Shown: positions 1-14,094, counted from the stretch's first letter. The stretch: DNA of 64,000 nucleotides from the human T2T-CHM13v2.0 reference genome, Homo sapiens (GCF_009914755.1 NC_060935.1); one strand, 5' to 3'. The notes: generated from the letters alone by a model not told the origin. Numbers and translations are program-made.

Positions 1-830
<830 letters not shown>

Positions 831-1529
831 CACCAGATTAAAGGGTTTGTGCTTTTGCTTCCATAGATTTTCACTATTATTTATTTTATACCTTTTTAGT
901 TGGGTACAAATATGCAGACACAAATATTCAGAGTTTTTCATGTTCTTAGTCCAGCAAATTTTTAAGAGTAGAGTTTTCACTTATTTTTATCAAACAGTTG
1001 TTTCTTGATTCTGAAGAATTATATACAGAAACAGAATCATTTATTGAGTTAAAGAGACATTCACAGTTTTTTACACATTTTGAAATTTTACTAATAATTA
1101 TAATGCACAAATTATGTGCAGTGAATTGTTTTAGATATTCTGTGAAATACATTGAGGCAAGGGATACTCTTTTCCCTTGTATTTGCTTTTTAGGGCTGCT
1201 TAGCAGTATCCTGAAAGCTGGGGTCATGGCAAGTGGAGGTAGGCATTCAGCATCCCACTTTGTCTATAAGAGGACAATTTCTGCTTTCTGCCATCACATA
1301 AACTGAAACCTGGTAAGGGCAATGGGTATAGCATGATGCAATATAGGTACTTTATATGCTGACTTATAAGAAAATTTCACCTGGTTTAATTTTTAATCCT
1401 TTTTCTTAGGCTGCAATCAAGTCATACATTTAAGAAACTTGCATTATTAATTAATATTCTCTTCATTCAAATGATATGAGAAGAATCAAGATGATTCATG
1501 GAACATTATCTCTTTCTATGCAATATATT

Positions 1530-2031
1530 GAGAGGGCTGAAAAGAGGACACCCACATGTAAATGGAAGATGTAAACCTCTCTCTGCATTGTTTACCTCTT
1601 TGTTCTTTCTAAACTTTGGAATGTCTTGCCTTTCTTCATGTGTGATTAGCACAGGATATATTTCCCAATGCCTTTCCCAAGTTCAATGTCACATAATCAA
1701 ACTTTAAGGAAGCAGATAGATCCCCTAACAGGTCACTGTTTCCTAAAAACAGTAGACTGCAGTCTACCTGAGTCAGTGGAATAAGAAAATCTCCTCTGCA
1801 AAAACAGTCTTCTTATAAAAAGTAACCTGCAGTAACCTGATTTTAGTTAATTAGGTTTCTTTTTTTCTATTGTTGTTTCTTTGTTCCTGCGTTACAAAAC
1901 CCACTATTCTGCCATTGCCCAGTGGGAGCTATCATTGTATTTTGTAGAATGGATGCTGTCCCAATTCATGAATTGCAAATGAAAGCCAATTAGATCTATA
2001 ACTAAATTTGTTGTAATTTTGTCTTTTGACA
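1530..2031 (+). mobile_element. MER34-family ERV1 LTR (5-prime boundary approximate)
   Basis: Ends GCCAATTAGATCTATAACTAAATTTGTTGTAATTTTGTCTTTTGACA, matching the recalled MER34 3-prime end. Confidence 0.65.
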
Positions 2032-2109
2032 CTACATAAAGGGTGACTTTAGGGAGACTTTGGACACTACATAAAGGGACACTACATACCATGTAAAGGG
2101 AAACTTCAG

Positions 2110-2545
2110 ATAGATTAAAGTTCTCAATGTGAAAAAAAACTGTGAGGCTAATAGAGGAAAATATAAGAGAATAGCTTTGTAATCTGGGTGGGGTACTTTT
2201 GATGTTAATATTTAAAAGCATAAATCATAAGGCAAATAATAAATTTTAGTTATCTAAAAATTAAGGATTTCCGATTTCCTTTAAACAATGTATCTTATCA
2301 ACAAGTCAAACATAAAATTGACCAATTGGGAGAAGAGATTTGCAATTTTTACAAACAAGAAAGGATTAATATCCAGACAATTTATGAAACTTTACATATC
2401 AGCAAGAATAAGACAGAGACCCCAATAGACAAATCCGCAAAAGATAGTAATTTATAGGAAACCTAAAGAACAATGTGCATCTAACTATAACTTCAAAGTG
2501 ATCAGTAAACAGAGAAATGCAAAGTAAAATAAATAAGAATAGAAA
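2110..2545 (+). mobile_element. Old L1ME-type fragment
   Basis: Degenerate L1 ORF2 C-terminal sequence (AATTGGGAGAAGAGATTTGCA, GGATTAATATCCAGA). Confidence 0.55.
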
Positions 2546-5500
2546 GGAAAATGATAGAGAAGCAGATACTGGGAGCCAAGAGAAAACTTCCCCTTTGTCC
2601 TCTGAAGTTTTGTTGAAACTCACTGACAAGAGATAGATTAACAGGAGAAAAGGCATATAAATTTATTAATGTGTACATGGAAGTGTGAACCCCCAAAATT
2701 TGAGACAGGTCTCAGTTAATTTAGGGAGTTTATTTTGCTACGGTTGAGGACATGCACCTATGACATAACCTCAGGAGGTCCTGACAACATGTGCCTAAAG
2801 TGGTTAGAGCACCATTTGGTTTTATACATTTTAGGGAGACATGATCATCAATCAGCATATGTAAGATGAACATTGGTTTGGTCTGGAAAGGTGGGACAAC
2901 TCAAAGTGGGGAGGTAGCTTCTGGGTCATAGGTAGATAAGAGAGAAATGGTGGCATTCTTTTGAGTTTCTGATTAGCCCTTCCAAAGGAGGCTATCAGAT
3001 ATTTATCTCAGTGAGCAGAGGAGTGACTTTGAATAGAATGGGAGGCAGGTTTGCCGTAAGCACTTCCTAGTTGACTTTTTCCTTTAGCTTAGTGATTTGA
3101 GCAGCCCAAGACATTTTTCTTTCGGGTTTTCCCCCTTTTGTTTGTTAAAATCTTTTGGAGAAGCATTTTAGAAGAAAATGAGTCTCTGGTCTCAGGTGTT
3201 GTCTGTCTCTCATAGCTAGGATGGTTTATCCTAGATGGATAGGTCCTGAGTTGTCAGGAAAACTCATTATTTTTTAGCAGGTTGAGAGGTCTTATGGCCT
3301 ATGACGAGAAAATAGGGGGAGGAAGGGAGAAAAGCACCAACAAACAAAAGAACAATCCTGGAAAATCAATATAGGCCACATTACTCTGAAGTCCATACAT
3401 CAGTAGGCAGGTATGAAAGTGGCTTATGTATATATGTATGTATACACATTGCTGTTATTTTCTTGTGAAGTTTAAGTTGTTTAGCTTCAGTTTGCCGGGC
3501 TTTACAAAAGTACAGCTTAGTTTTCAGTGACTCCAAATTATAAAAAATGGACAAAAAAGGAAACAAAATTTAAAACATTATTTTGCAAGCTTGTAGCGAA
3601 GAAAAATTAGAATTAGGTCCAAAATGTAGAAAATAATCAAAATAGAAAAACATTAGGCAAGACTAGAATCTAACAACAGGTGTACTATAGTTTTTGAAAC
3701 ATAATTTTTCTCTCTCCAGTTTCCCATTTTTAGTAAAGACAAATCATGGTAGGACTGATTTGCTTTATTTTACTTGGGCTGATTATTTGTATATGAGGCA
3801 TCAATAATAATATTTTTTTACATAGGCTTTTAAATTAGCTTTGATGGAACTTTGTTCCATAGGAGGAATCTCAGATAAGACTTTTTTTTAAAGCTGAGCC
3901 CATCCATGTATTTGTACCATCAAATACCTGTAAGTTGGGTGATTCCTCTCCTCTTGAGGTTCCAAGATAAACTTGGGGCTCCAGGGCCTGTCAAAGAGTG
4001 ACATTCTTTACTTACCACAGGTGGGAACCCTGTACAATGACTGTGTAGACAAAGGTAAGAGGCCAGTTTTTCCAAGGGGTCTTTATTGGCTCCATTTAAG
4101 TCAAGTTTGATTCCTTAAAGAAAAGCACACCATTCCAGTCAAAGCCTTGGTAAAATAACCAGTTTTTCCAACTGTGTCCTGTTACAAATGAAAACACATT
4201 CTTATTGCACTTATGCAAATAACTGTATTGTCATAAGTTAAGAATACTCACAAACAGTTTCCAGATTCTGTAGAAATCAGGTAGAGAGAAACAAATATGC
4301 TCCAAATTTTGTTCTGAGGACTATTCTTTACTTAATTGTTAAAAGCTGTAAATAGCTTAAAAGAAAAGTTTTCTTGACCCTGAAAAACAAAAGAAAGATC
4401 AGCAACGTTTTAAGCAAAAAGTTAAAAATGTTACTTTACACTTCTATTAGTTTAGTCCATGCAGTTAATTCATGTTCTGCTTGATATTCATGAACATTTC
4501 AGCTATTCATGAGTCCTGAAATTTTTTCCTCTATTCTGATGTCACAGTCTCCAAAGTTATCAGAAACCTGCATTCAAGAGCATCTGTTAGAGTTTTATAG
4601 CTGATTATAAAAACCACTGAAGAGGACCAAAACAAGACAATTGCTTGTGGATGACAAAAAGTTTTAGGGCAGGAATAGTTAAAGACACAATTGATGAGGA
4701 AATTTGTTACCTCTGTGGCATATGCTAATTAAACATAACAATTATAATTATTATTGATAATGTACACTGTCATATTAGAATTATAGGAGTTTTATCTAAT
4801 TTTGGGACACATACCTATAACATATTTATACAAATACAGCCCAAAGAAAACCAAACACCATTTCATATTTGACAATGCTTCCTGTATAATATTTATACCA
4901 ACAATAAGCCAAATACATCATTTTTGGACTTTAGGGAATCTATTAATAATATCTTAAAAGATTAAGTCAGAAAAAGACAAAATTTATATTTGATTTTGGA
5001 AATTTATCAATTATCAAAGGTTTATAACACTTGATATCACAAAATAGGATTACAGGTCATTGTAAAATAAGTCATTCATTTAGCCAAAGTGATAACTCAA
5101 GGATTTAAAAAAAAAAAGGCAAAAACATTCATTTTTTGACAGAGGAGGCTTAATTTTCTAAACAATAAGCCCTAACAAAACAGCATGAAGCCAATTAAAT
5201 TTGTTTTTCAAAACTTTATAAACAATCTACAAAATTTTAATATTGATCATGATATAATTTCCATAGACCTTTTATAACCTTTATTAAGGAGTTGGTTAAT
5301 GCTTTAAGAAAACCTTGTTAATCTGACACAGGGGCCCATATGCTGGTCTTGCATCAGTGTGATTTTGATATTAATGGTTAATTTATAGTGAAACTAAGCT
5401 TATTTTATCTCTCAAAATTGGCCCTTACAATTTCATATGCCCACCTCTCCTGTGACAGTCCCTGGGCCTTGAGGAGTTGAATGACTTTAATTTCTGGCCC

Positions 5501-6555
5501 TGTGTCTCAGGAATGCAGGTTATTTTAACTAGCATTTTCTACAGGGCCTGAAGATGAGGATTTAATTGCTGTCAGTTTTTAAGATTTAGCAGGACTTGGT
5601 TTCCTTTTTAGACCCAGGATTCAAAGCCCTGTAACTTAATGTTACAAGTACTTTAAAAGCACATACAGAAAGATAAATGGATGTAATAACCTTAATTAAA
5701 AAAAATTAATCTCGGTTTTTTTCCTAAGCAAACCAAAACTTAATAATAATGGCATAAGAATTTTTTCGATAAAATGTAAAATCTGTTAGGCCAGTTACCA
5801 AAAGGCAGAAGAAAAAGAAAGAAAACATTTCCTTTAGACTTTTAAGAAAATATTGTTAGCATCAGACCGCAACAAACAGAACTTGGGGGAAAAAAACTTA
5901 GATAAGCTGAAAATGAGTTGAAAGAGAGTGTTATTATTTCATTCCTTTTAAAAGGGGAGAGAAAACTGAAAACGACAAGATGCAGTAAAAGTTCAACTTT
6001 GGGTTTAAAAAGAAATTAAAATCTCTTATAATTTATTAAGAGTAAATCAGTCCCTTAAGAAAATTTTATTGTTCTAATTAACTCTTTAGTGTATAAGTGT
6101 GTTTTTTACATCAGACCCAATCTCTAGAGAGACAATTATAATTTCCCTTTAATTATAGGCAACTTGATTGTATAAAAATTATTTTTTAAAAATAAATCCT
6201 TTTATTGTGACTTAGACCATTTATGATATGCTTGGACTTTCTGGTTTGTCCTTAACATCCCTCTTTCTAAACAACCAGTCATTTTATTATACGTCTAAAT
6301 TTGCCATACAAGATTCTTTCTTATACAAAATTATCTCTCTTTAAGCTTTCTTACCAAAAATACTTCTTTATTTCTGTAACTTTCTTTACATATCTTTTAT
6401 TTTCTGGTTCCTTTTACCTTATTTTATACATAATCTTTAAATAAGCTTTGAATTAGACAAAAATTGTTCACCATTTTAAAAAGGATATACTCATAATTTA
6501 TTTTAATCATTTACCTAGATTATTTATGAAAATTGTAATACTCATCATTTAAAGT

Positions 6556-6800
6556 TATGGAACCATTATTGCAAAATTATAACTGAGACAATGAAAAAAT
6601 AATGTGACCTAACTGACTCCATTGTGCTTTTAACCTCCAAACTGTCCTTCATTCCTGGATGTAGGCCTAACTAACTTTGGGAGAACAGAGTTTATAGTTT
6701 AGCTTTGAAACAAAGATGATAACAGTCCTTTCCCAAAACAACCTCCTTAATACCTGTGGACTAGACTGCCTAAAGCCACAGGATTAGAAGTTATGGTAAT
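6556..6800 (+). mobile_element. LTR8-like 5-prime fragment inside the MER4 internal region, in opposite orientation
   Basis: TTGCAAAATTATAACTGAG...GACCTAACTGACTCCAT...CATTCCTGGATGTAGGCCTAACTAACTTTGGGAG resembles the recalled LTR8 consensus. Confidence 0.7.
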
Positions 6801-8375
6801 TTTACTAAATTCACGATGCAGTTATTTTCATTAAACCAATGTTAATGTCTTATTTATTATAAATTACACAAGCAAAGGTCATTCTGTTTTGGGCTGGGTT
6901 TAGTTTTGAAACCCCTGTGCCAAATTATGGCATCTTATAATATTTGGCATGGATAAGTATGAAATTGCTTGATTAATAAATGCAAACGAAGAGGTATGCT
7001 GGCAATTCTTAAGCCATTTCTAATATTAATTTACCAATAATTTTAAAGCTAGTTTATTTATTAAAGACTTTATTTGGGTTATGTAACTTGAAAAAGAATT
7101 TGACTAGGCTTCGCTTTTTTCTTGATAAAGTATTTGTTTTAAATGCTTTTATTTTCTTAAGCTGATTAATTAGAGTTCTTTATATAGTTTCAGTAGTGAA
7201 ACATTGTGTACACAACACATAAATACATAGATGTATTAGACATGCCAATAGAGGTACATCTTATAGATTCATAAAAAACTTTTTTTTCCTGTCTTTCTCA
7301 GATTCTTCATAACCTGTTTCACAACCCTAGGCAGTAGTCAGATAAATAACCTTAAATTTGCATATCAAAGGAAACAACTCAGGTGAAAATCAAATAGCAA
7401 AATTTATATCATAAGGCATGCAGAAAAAAACCATGGTGTGCTAGAGGGAGATTAAAGATGGATGCCAAATGAAACATAAAATTATAAAAATCTATCATAG
7501 GATTATATAAGGAGACCAATTTTATTTAGCTAGGGACTACCTAACTTTTAACTGGATTTCTGAGCTCTGGGCAGAGCCCACACTGAATCCTCGGTTTCCA
7601 AAAAGGGAGAATTATGAGGCTAGGCCACATGATGTTTTTACAGTGCACTTAAAAAAATTTTTTTTTAACAAAGACATTTCTAAGTGTCCAGACTACACTC
7701 TTCTTTAAAAATCCAAGAATAACCTCTGTTGCAATAACTATTTTATTCAATAAATCAGGTAATGCAATACAAAAGCAAGCAAGTTTATCTTTAAGATCTA
7801 AGATAAACTTGTCTGTTTACACTCTTGGGGTTCCATAAGGAAAAACCGATTTCTCTCCCAAAGGGAGTCTCGTGCCTTCTCCATTTTCTTTAAGGAACTC
7901 CAGCTATTATAAACTATTTTAGGTTCCTTATGCAGCAGAGGGTGCAAGAGAAGGGAGAGACAGCAGAAGTAAGTGAAGAAAAGAGAATTCAGTCAACTGA
8001 GAAGAAAAAAAACTTTTGCTCAAAAAAAAAAAGGACTAGGTCTTAGGAGAGAAAAATAAAAACAAAAATATGAAGGCTTTTTAAATACAAACATACACAC
8101 ACACACATACAAACACATCTTGGATGTTAGCTTTTAATTAAGCTGACTTTAACCATTGAGATCCTTTAAAAACATCTTTTAAAATCTCATTACCATATTT
8201 CAGCTAGGACAAATTGCTGCTATCGGAAGTACAGCCATTGCTCTTTCAGTCTGGCCTGGCTAGCAAAAGGTGGCCTTGTTGTGTAAATACTATGTTAAAT
8301 AAATAGTCAAAATAAAAAATCTTTCCTCTTTTTTTTTTCTTTTGCTGGCCATTTTTCTCCCCTCACCACATCACT

Positions 8376-8376
<1 letters not shown>

Positions 8377-8412
<36 letters not shown>
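8377..8412. repeat. (TG)n microsatellite
   Basis: Directly visible. Confidence 0.95.
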
Positions 8413-8414
<2 letters not shown>

Positions 8415-10214
8415 TTAGCCACTTCAGAGGCCTCATTCCCCATAATTTGGAACTTTCCTTCGAATTTGATCAAGTTGGATGGAGTTGGTCAAATCCAATG
8501 GGAAAAAGACTGAAACAACAACAAAAACAGAAACAAGCAACAACAAAAAAACAGTTAAGCAAAACAAATGATTGCACAACATATACACTTACTGATCGTT
8601 CTGATAAGAGAAATTAAGACCAGCTAGTTGTTTACCAAGACAAACCCCAGTTGAGTTACTTACCTAGGGATCCGTCCCAGGCTAAAGACTGCTCTCTATC
8701 ATCCTAGAAGCAGGAAAAAAAAGCCCCTCATCTTCCCTGTTGGAAGTTAACTCAAACTCCATAAAGGAGTTTCCTGCCTTCCATCATCATGGAAGTAGGA
8801 AAAACTTGCCTTCTGTGTGTTGGAATCCAACAAAAGGAGTTGTACAGCAAAATAAACTTTAGATCTCAACCAAATTTTGGGAGATCGTGGATTCTCTGGA
8901 GGGGTTGCTTCCAAGCCTCAGCAAATTGTCCTATTGGTTTGAGCCATAAAGATAGCACAAGCTAGTACCAAGCACTGATAGATTTGTCAAAGGTCAGGGG
9001 CACTTCCACTCAGAATTGCTCCGTGGTTACTAAAATGTGAACCCCAAATATTAGAGACAGGTCTCAGTTAATTTAGAAAGTTTATTTTGCCAAGGTTGTG
9101 GACATATGCCCATGACATAGCCTCAGGAAGTCCTGACGACATGTGCTTAAGGTGGTTAGAGCACAGTTTGATTTTATACACTTTAGAAAGACATGAGACA
9201 TCAATCAACATATATCAGATAAACATTGGTTAGGTCTGGAAAGGTGAGGCAACATGAAGCGGGGAGGGGGCTTCCAGGTCATAGGTAGATAAGAGACAAA
9301 TGGTTGCATTCTTTTGAGTTTCTGATTAGCCATTCCAAATGAGGCTGTCAGATATGCATTTATCTTTGTGAGCAGAGGGGTGACTTTGAATAGAACGGGA
9401 GGCAGGTTTGCCGTAAGCAGTTCCCAGATTCACTTTTCCCTTTAGCTTAGTGATTTGGGGGACCCAAGATATTTTCCTTTCCCAGAAGCCTTTAGAATGA
9501 AGACCTAAACATACAGGGAAAATTGTCAATTTTTATGCTTAGCTTCAACAAAGTATGAATAGCTGCTTGGAAATGATTGGACAAAAAGTTATGAATCCAA
9601 TGGTGATAGAATGGGGAAACACAGCAAGGTCTGTCTAGATTCTTCTTGATATTTCTGATCAGGTGTTCCCTCCTTCTGGGTATGGATAAGTACCCTCTCT
9701 GGAATGGGAGTCTTATGACCTACAGTCAAACAAAATAGGTCAGATAATTTATGGCTAGTTTTTATATCGAAAGGTGGAGGGAAAGTTAGAGTAACTTTTT
9801 TAGGTTTTATGTCTGCCTTTGGGGAGAAGGGGTTCTGGTTTCTATGACCCACCTTGGGGAAGAGGGATTGTAGTTTCTATGGCTGGCCTTGAAAGAGAAT
9901 GGGACTGAGTGACAGGAGGGCAGGAGAATATCAGAGCTAAACTTTTACTTCTGAGCCTGCTCCTGAGTCCTTCATTTTGGTGTATTGTTTTCTGAGTCCC
10001 AACACAGACCACAGATTATTAAGCCATAATTAGGATGCATGGAGTAGATATACACATAAAAACATACTTATCTCTATGAAACATAGTTCTTAGTGAAAAA
10101 AAGAAAAATATGATACATAAAATGCCATTTTTGTACATTAAAAACATACATACCATCAAAGCAAAAGCTGCAACAGTTATATAGGCCAAGAAAGACTATT
10201 CACAACATTACAAT

Positions 10215-10685
10215 AGGGAAGAGAGGCTGAAACTGTCTGACTCACCTCCACTGAAACAAATGCAGACAAGTTTTAATCACTAGTGTTAGATAGTATAAAA
10301 GTACTGGAGGACATTGCAGGGAGATTGATCAGTGGGGTAGTTAAAGAACATTGAGCTGTTCCTGAGTTTGCAAATGTTTTTCTCTGTGATTAGGCCACGT
10401 GGGCTTGCTAACTGCCCCCCATTAAAGTCAGGCTCCCACTCTTCCACAGAGATTGAGAGATAAGGCACGGTCTTCCTTGATTACATTTCAAAGAGATGGA
10501 TCCTGGGTTGTAAAACTGGCAAGAGGGTAAGATTAACATCTTACAGGAGGTAGAGAAAAAAATGTACAATTATAAGTTTTCTGAAGTAAATGATCTAAAT
10601 AAAAGGAGGTCAAGGATGTAGAGTTAGGAAGAAGCCTGTCTAAAGTTCAGTCATGATGAAGGGAATTTTAAAGCTGTCTTAGAGT
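10215..10685 (-). mobile_element. MER67-like ERV1 LTR (partial)
   Basis: AGAAGCCTGTCTAAAGTT and GTAAAACTGGCAAGAGG motifs typical of this family (recalled). Confidence 0.55.
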
Positions 10686-10772
10686 GTTAGATGTCAACAT
10701 CTAACAACAAAACACATTAGATACAAATACAAATAATTATTGCCTGTCTGGAGAGGCAAGGAAAAATGGTGG

Positions 10773-11331
10773 TGTTACCGATGGAGGGTCTTGACTAAGA
10801 GTCATCCAGGTTCTTGGGGTTTTGAACAAAGAATTGGACATTGGACAAAATGCACAAACAAAGCAATGAAAGAATGAAACAATGAAAACACACTCCACAG
10901 ACTGGGAGCCACCTTGAGCAAGCAGCTGAAGAGCGATGTTTACAGAATTTTCTGGGATTTAAATATCCTCTAGAGGTTTCCCATTGGTTATTTGGTTTAC
11001 GCCCTACCTAATGAAGTAGTGGCCCACAACCAGTCTGACTGATCACAGGAGGGGACCAATCGCAGGCTGAAGTTATAAAGTTACACCCCTATGCAAATGA
11101 AGACTGAGCCTGTGACCAGTCTGATTGGTTGTGGGAGGGGACCAATCAGAGACAATTTCCAGTTTTCCTCTGCCAGAAGTGGAAAGAGGGGTGGGTTGCA
11201 AAGGGAGTAATCCTCTGATGGTTTTGTTACTTGGGCATGGAGAGGTGGGGTTTTTCTTTTGATTCAGTTCTAGGAAGTCTGTGTGAATCAGCCTTAGGCT
11301 CCCTGCCTCCAGACCCTATTCTCCTGCCTCA
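10773..11331 (-). mobile_element. MER51 solo LTR with TSD GTGG
   Basis: Minus-strand start TGAGGCAGGAGAATAGGGTCTGGAGGCAGGG; TG...CA termini; GTGG at 10769-10772 and 11332-11335. Confidence 0.85.
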
Positions 11332-11502
11332 GTGGGGAATAGAGATAACAAGGAAATAAGATAGATTGGCCTGAGATGCATGATTAACTAAACTCTTTCC
11401 TCCTGAGGTGGAAAAAAAAAAAAAAAAAGAGGAAAAGAAAAAAAAAGAAAGAAACCAAGAGTTATCCATGATAAATTCATTTTCCAGTTCCTTAATCATT
11501 AG

Positions 11503-12593
11503 TGTTGTGGTTCAGCAGCAACTATCTGGGCTGGTGGCACAGGGATCAAAGAATTTACCAAGACAGTTGTAGGTAAAGAAAGGCAGATTTATTCAAGAAA
11601 GCATTAAAATATGTTGCAAGGGAGCAACGGGCAGAATCAGCAAAAGAAGAGTTGATTTCGACGAAACAAAGGCTTGCTGGAGATTTTATATGATGATTCT
11701 TAGGCTGCAGAGTGTCACGTGCAGTAGTGATAATGCCAAGGTTGTAGGGAGCTAACTTGTACTGTTGCGGGAATCAGGAGGACCAGAGACACCTCAGGAT
11801 AAATACAGGGAGATCTTTATTGAGTGCACTCAGACCCAGCAGACTTAACATCCAAAAACTGGGCCCAGAACCAAGACAGCACTTGACTTTCATAGCCACT
11901 TCAAAAAGGGGGTGGGCTAGCTTGAAGCAGGCTTACAGTGGCACGAAAGCAAGGATACAGAGGCAGAACAAAGGCAGTTAAGCAAATTGTGACAGGCTCA
12001 TAACTCAGGATTACACATGACCGTTGCTATGCAGCCCAGATGTCCATTATTTAGGTTTACTCTAGTGCCTAGCACGGGCTTATCCCATAACCTTCACTAT
12101 GGTGCCCAGGTGGTTGTATCTCAGGCCTGCTCAGATGGTTTATGACCTTCGCTCCACTGCTTAGATAAGCAGAATACTTGAAGTCACTACTTGCAGAGAA
12201 CAGGAATCTATAAACTCATACCATAAGAGAAAGGAAAATTTGTTTTTCTCCTCCCTATGTTGAGGGAGTGCTAGGATAGACTTCAGGCCACATTAGATAG
12301 CATTATCAAGACTTTCCCTGGGTCTGGGCTGTGCCTGTTGCTGCTTCTGGGACAAGTCAGCCTAATACAGGAAAACTTATTTCTTTTTTTTAAATTTTCT
12401 TTTTCTTTCTTTCTTTAATTTCCCACCTCAGCGCATGTCTGGTGATAGGCACAGGAAGATGGTGAGTTATTTCTGCAGTAGGGCTATGTGTCCTGGACCA
12501 TGAAGAAAGACAGACTTAGAGCTTATCTGCGTTCTCTTTTTGCTTCCCCTTGTTTCGCCAGCCTAACTTCCTTTCCCTAATTAGGACGCCACA
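11503..12593 (-). mobile_element. MER83-like solo LTR interrupted by another LTR
   Basis: Minus-strand start TGTGGCGTCCTAATTAGGGAAAGG; flanks ATTAG / GTTAG. Confidence 0.7.
11763..12430 (-). mobile_element. LTR15-like solo LTR nested in the MER83-like LTR
   Basis: TG...CA termini, 668 bp, minus-strand start TGAGGTGGGAAATTAAAGAAAG; degenerate 4-bp flanks GTAC/GCGC. Confidence 0.65.
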
Positions 12594-12630
12594 GTTAGCG
12601 GGAACCCGCTTTACAAGTGAAATATCCCTG

Positions 12631-13369
12631 CGTTATTGAAGCGAACTGGAGTCCCCCACCCAGCACAGCAAAGCCAAACACTGACATGGGGCTAGCAGCG
12701 AGAGAAAATGAGGAAATTTTTGAAGGGCACCAAGCAAGGACATTCAGGCAGCTCATGCTTCAGGCCTGCACTCCCTGATGGCTTACAGGTAAGCAGTTTT
12801 AAAGGTGGGGAGGCAGAGGTTACAGGCAAAGTCACAGGATAATACCTGGAGGCTATACATTGGTTTGACCGAAAGATGCAGGACATCTTGAAGCAGAAGG
12901 GGGATATAGGTGGACTCAAAAATTTTCTGCTTAGCGATTGGTTAAGGAGGCAAAGCTTTGTCTAAAAATTTGGGGAAAAAATGTTTGCTCTGGCTCGTGG
13001 CTGCGACTTCCTCCAGGCCCCTCAGGAAGAAATTTAGAACAAAGAACAGCAGTCTGTCCTCAGTTCTCCTTATCTGAGGTCTATGTGCCAGCAGATGATT
13101 TGGTGGGAATCTGGGTTTCTGAAAAACAAGTCAGGGACATACGTCAAAATGTTATTTTTAGTTTCTTTAGGGAACAAAACATCTCCTGCCTATAACTTCT
13201 TTGGCTATTGTTTTAAGTTATTATTACCTTCTTGCTTATCTAGTTGCTCATTTACTTCTCAAGGCTAGCTAGGTGCCTGGAATTTCCCTTGGAGGAACTG
13301 AAGATTTCCTTTTATTTCCATGTTTGGGGTGGCCTGCAGCCCTCTAAGAGGGGTACCTGGTCTGTCTCT
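12631..13369 (-). mobile_element. ERV1 solo LTR (LTR26/LTR36-like, family unresolved) with TSD CCTG
   Basis: CCTG at 12627-12630 and 13370-13373; GGAAATTCCAGGCACCTAGCTAGCC motif on the minus strand. Confidence 0.7.
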
Positions 13370-13689
13370 CCTGGAGCTGCTGCTCTTTGCTGACTCAAAC
13401 GTTCTTACCAATGTTCATACCTTTTGACATTTCTCATACCTATTGAACATTTACTTTCTCAATACATCTTGGTTTCAGTTCTTTATAGTTGAGGGTTTTG
13501 GCTGGGACCCTGCCAAATTTCCTTGCCTAATTTCTGTTCTATTCACTTGCCTCACTCACTCCCTCATTTCAAAGGGCAATCAGATACCTAGCTGTTCTCG
13601 TATTGCTCAATCCTGTCTAGGAATATGGATTTGAACCAGCAAAATCTAATGTGTCACTACAAAAAAAAAATGTAATATGTAAACAAATA

Positions 13690-14070
13690 GCATTGAATCT
13701 TGTGGAAGCCTATTGGAAATGCAAAATATTGGGTCTCACTCAAGAGCTAGTGAATTATAATCTGCATTAATTTTCTTTTTCTTTTTTTTTTTTTTTTTTT
13801 TGAGACCGGATCTCACTTTGTTGCCCAGGCTGGAGAGCAGTGGCACAATCACAGGTCGCTGCAGTCTTCGACCTCCTGGGCTCAAGAAGTCCTCTCACCT
13901 CAGCCTCCCAAGTAGCTGCAACTACAGGCATAAGCCACCACACCTGACTAATTTTTTAAAAAATTTTTTGTAGAGACACGATCCTACTTTGTTGCCCAGG
14001 GTGGAGAATCTGCATTTTAAATCAACTCTCTAGGTAACTTATTTGCCTATTAAAGTTCAAGAAGCATTGT
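13690..14070. mobile_element. MER5-type hAT DNA transposon remnant interrupted by an Alu
   Basis: GAAATGCA...AATCTGCATTTTAA...AAAGTTCAAGAAGCATTG resembles MER5. Confidence 0.55.
13769..14006 (-). mobile_element. 5-prime-truncated AluJ with TSD AATCTGCATT
   Basis: Poly-T, right arm, linker and start of left arm only; TSD at 13759-13768 and 14007-14016. Confidence 0.9.
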
Positions 14071-14094
14071 CCTAGGATTAGATGAGGCCCTGAT

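Larger units (their letters stand above)
2684..9484 (-). mobile_element. Complete non-autonomous MER4A-type provirus: 5-prime LTR 9036-9484, AT-rich internal region, 3-prime LTR 2684-about 3126
   Basis: Two direct about 445-bp LTRs (14 differences in the first 100 nt, hand count); TSD GAAG at 2680-2683 and 9485-9488; polypurine tract at about 3128-3139; degenerate PBS-like sequence at about 9015-9033; no long ORF. Confidence 0.9.
2567..10004 (-). mobile_element. ERV1 (MER4-group) solo LTR split by a MER4 provirus; pieces 2567-2683 and 9485-10004
   Basis: Minus-strand start TGTTGGGACTCAGAAAACAATAC; 4-bp TSD CAGA at 2563-2566 and 10005-10008; family not resolved. Confidence 0.75.

Noticed and set aside
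3130-9030. Retroviral gag/pol/env genes in the MER4 interior
   Set aside because: No ORF or recognisable retroviral protein motif
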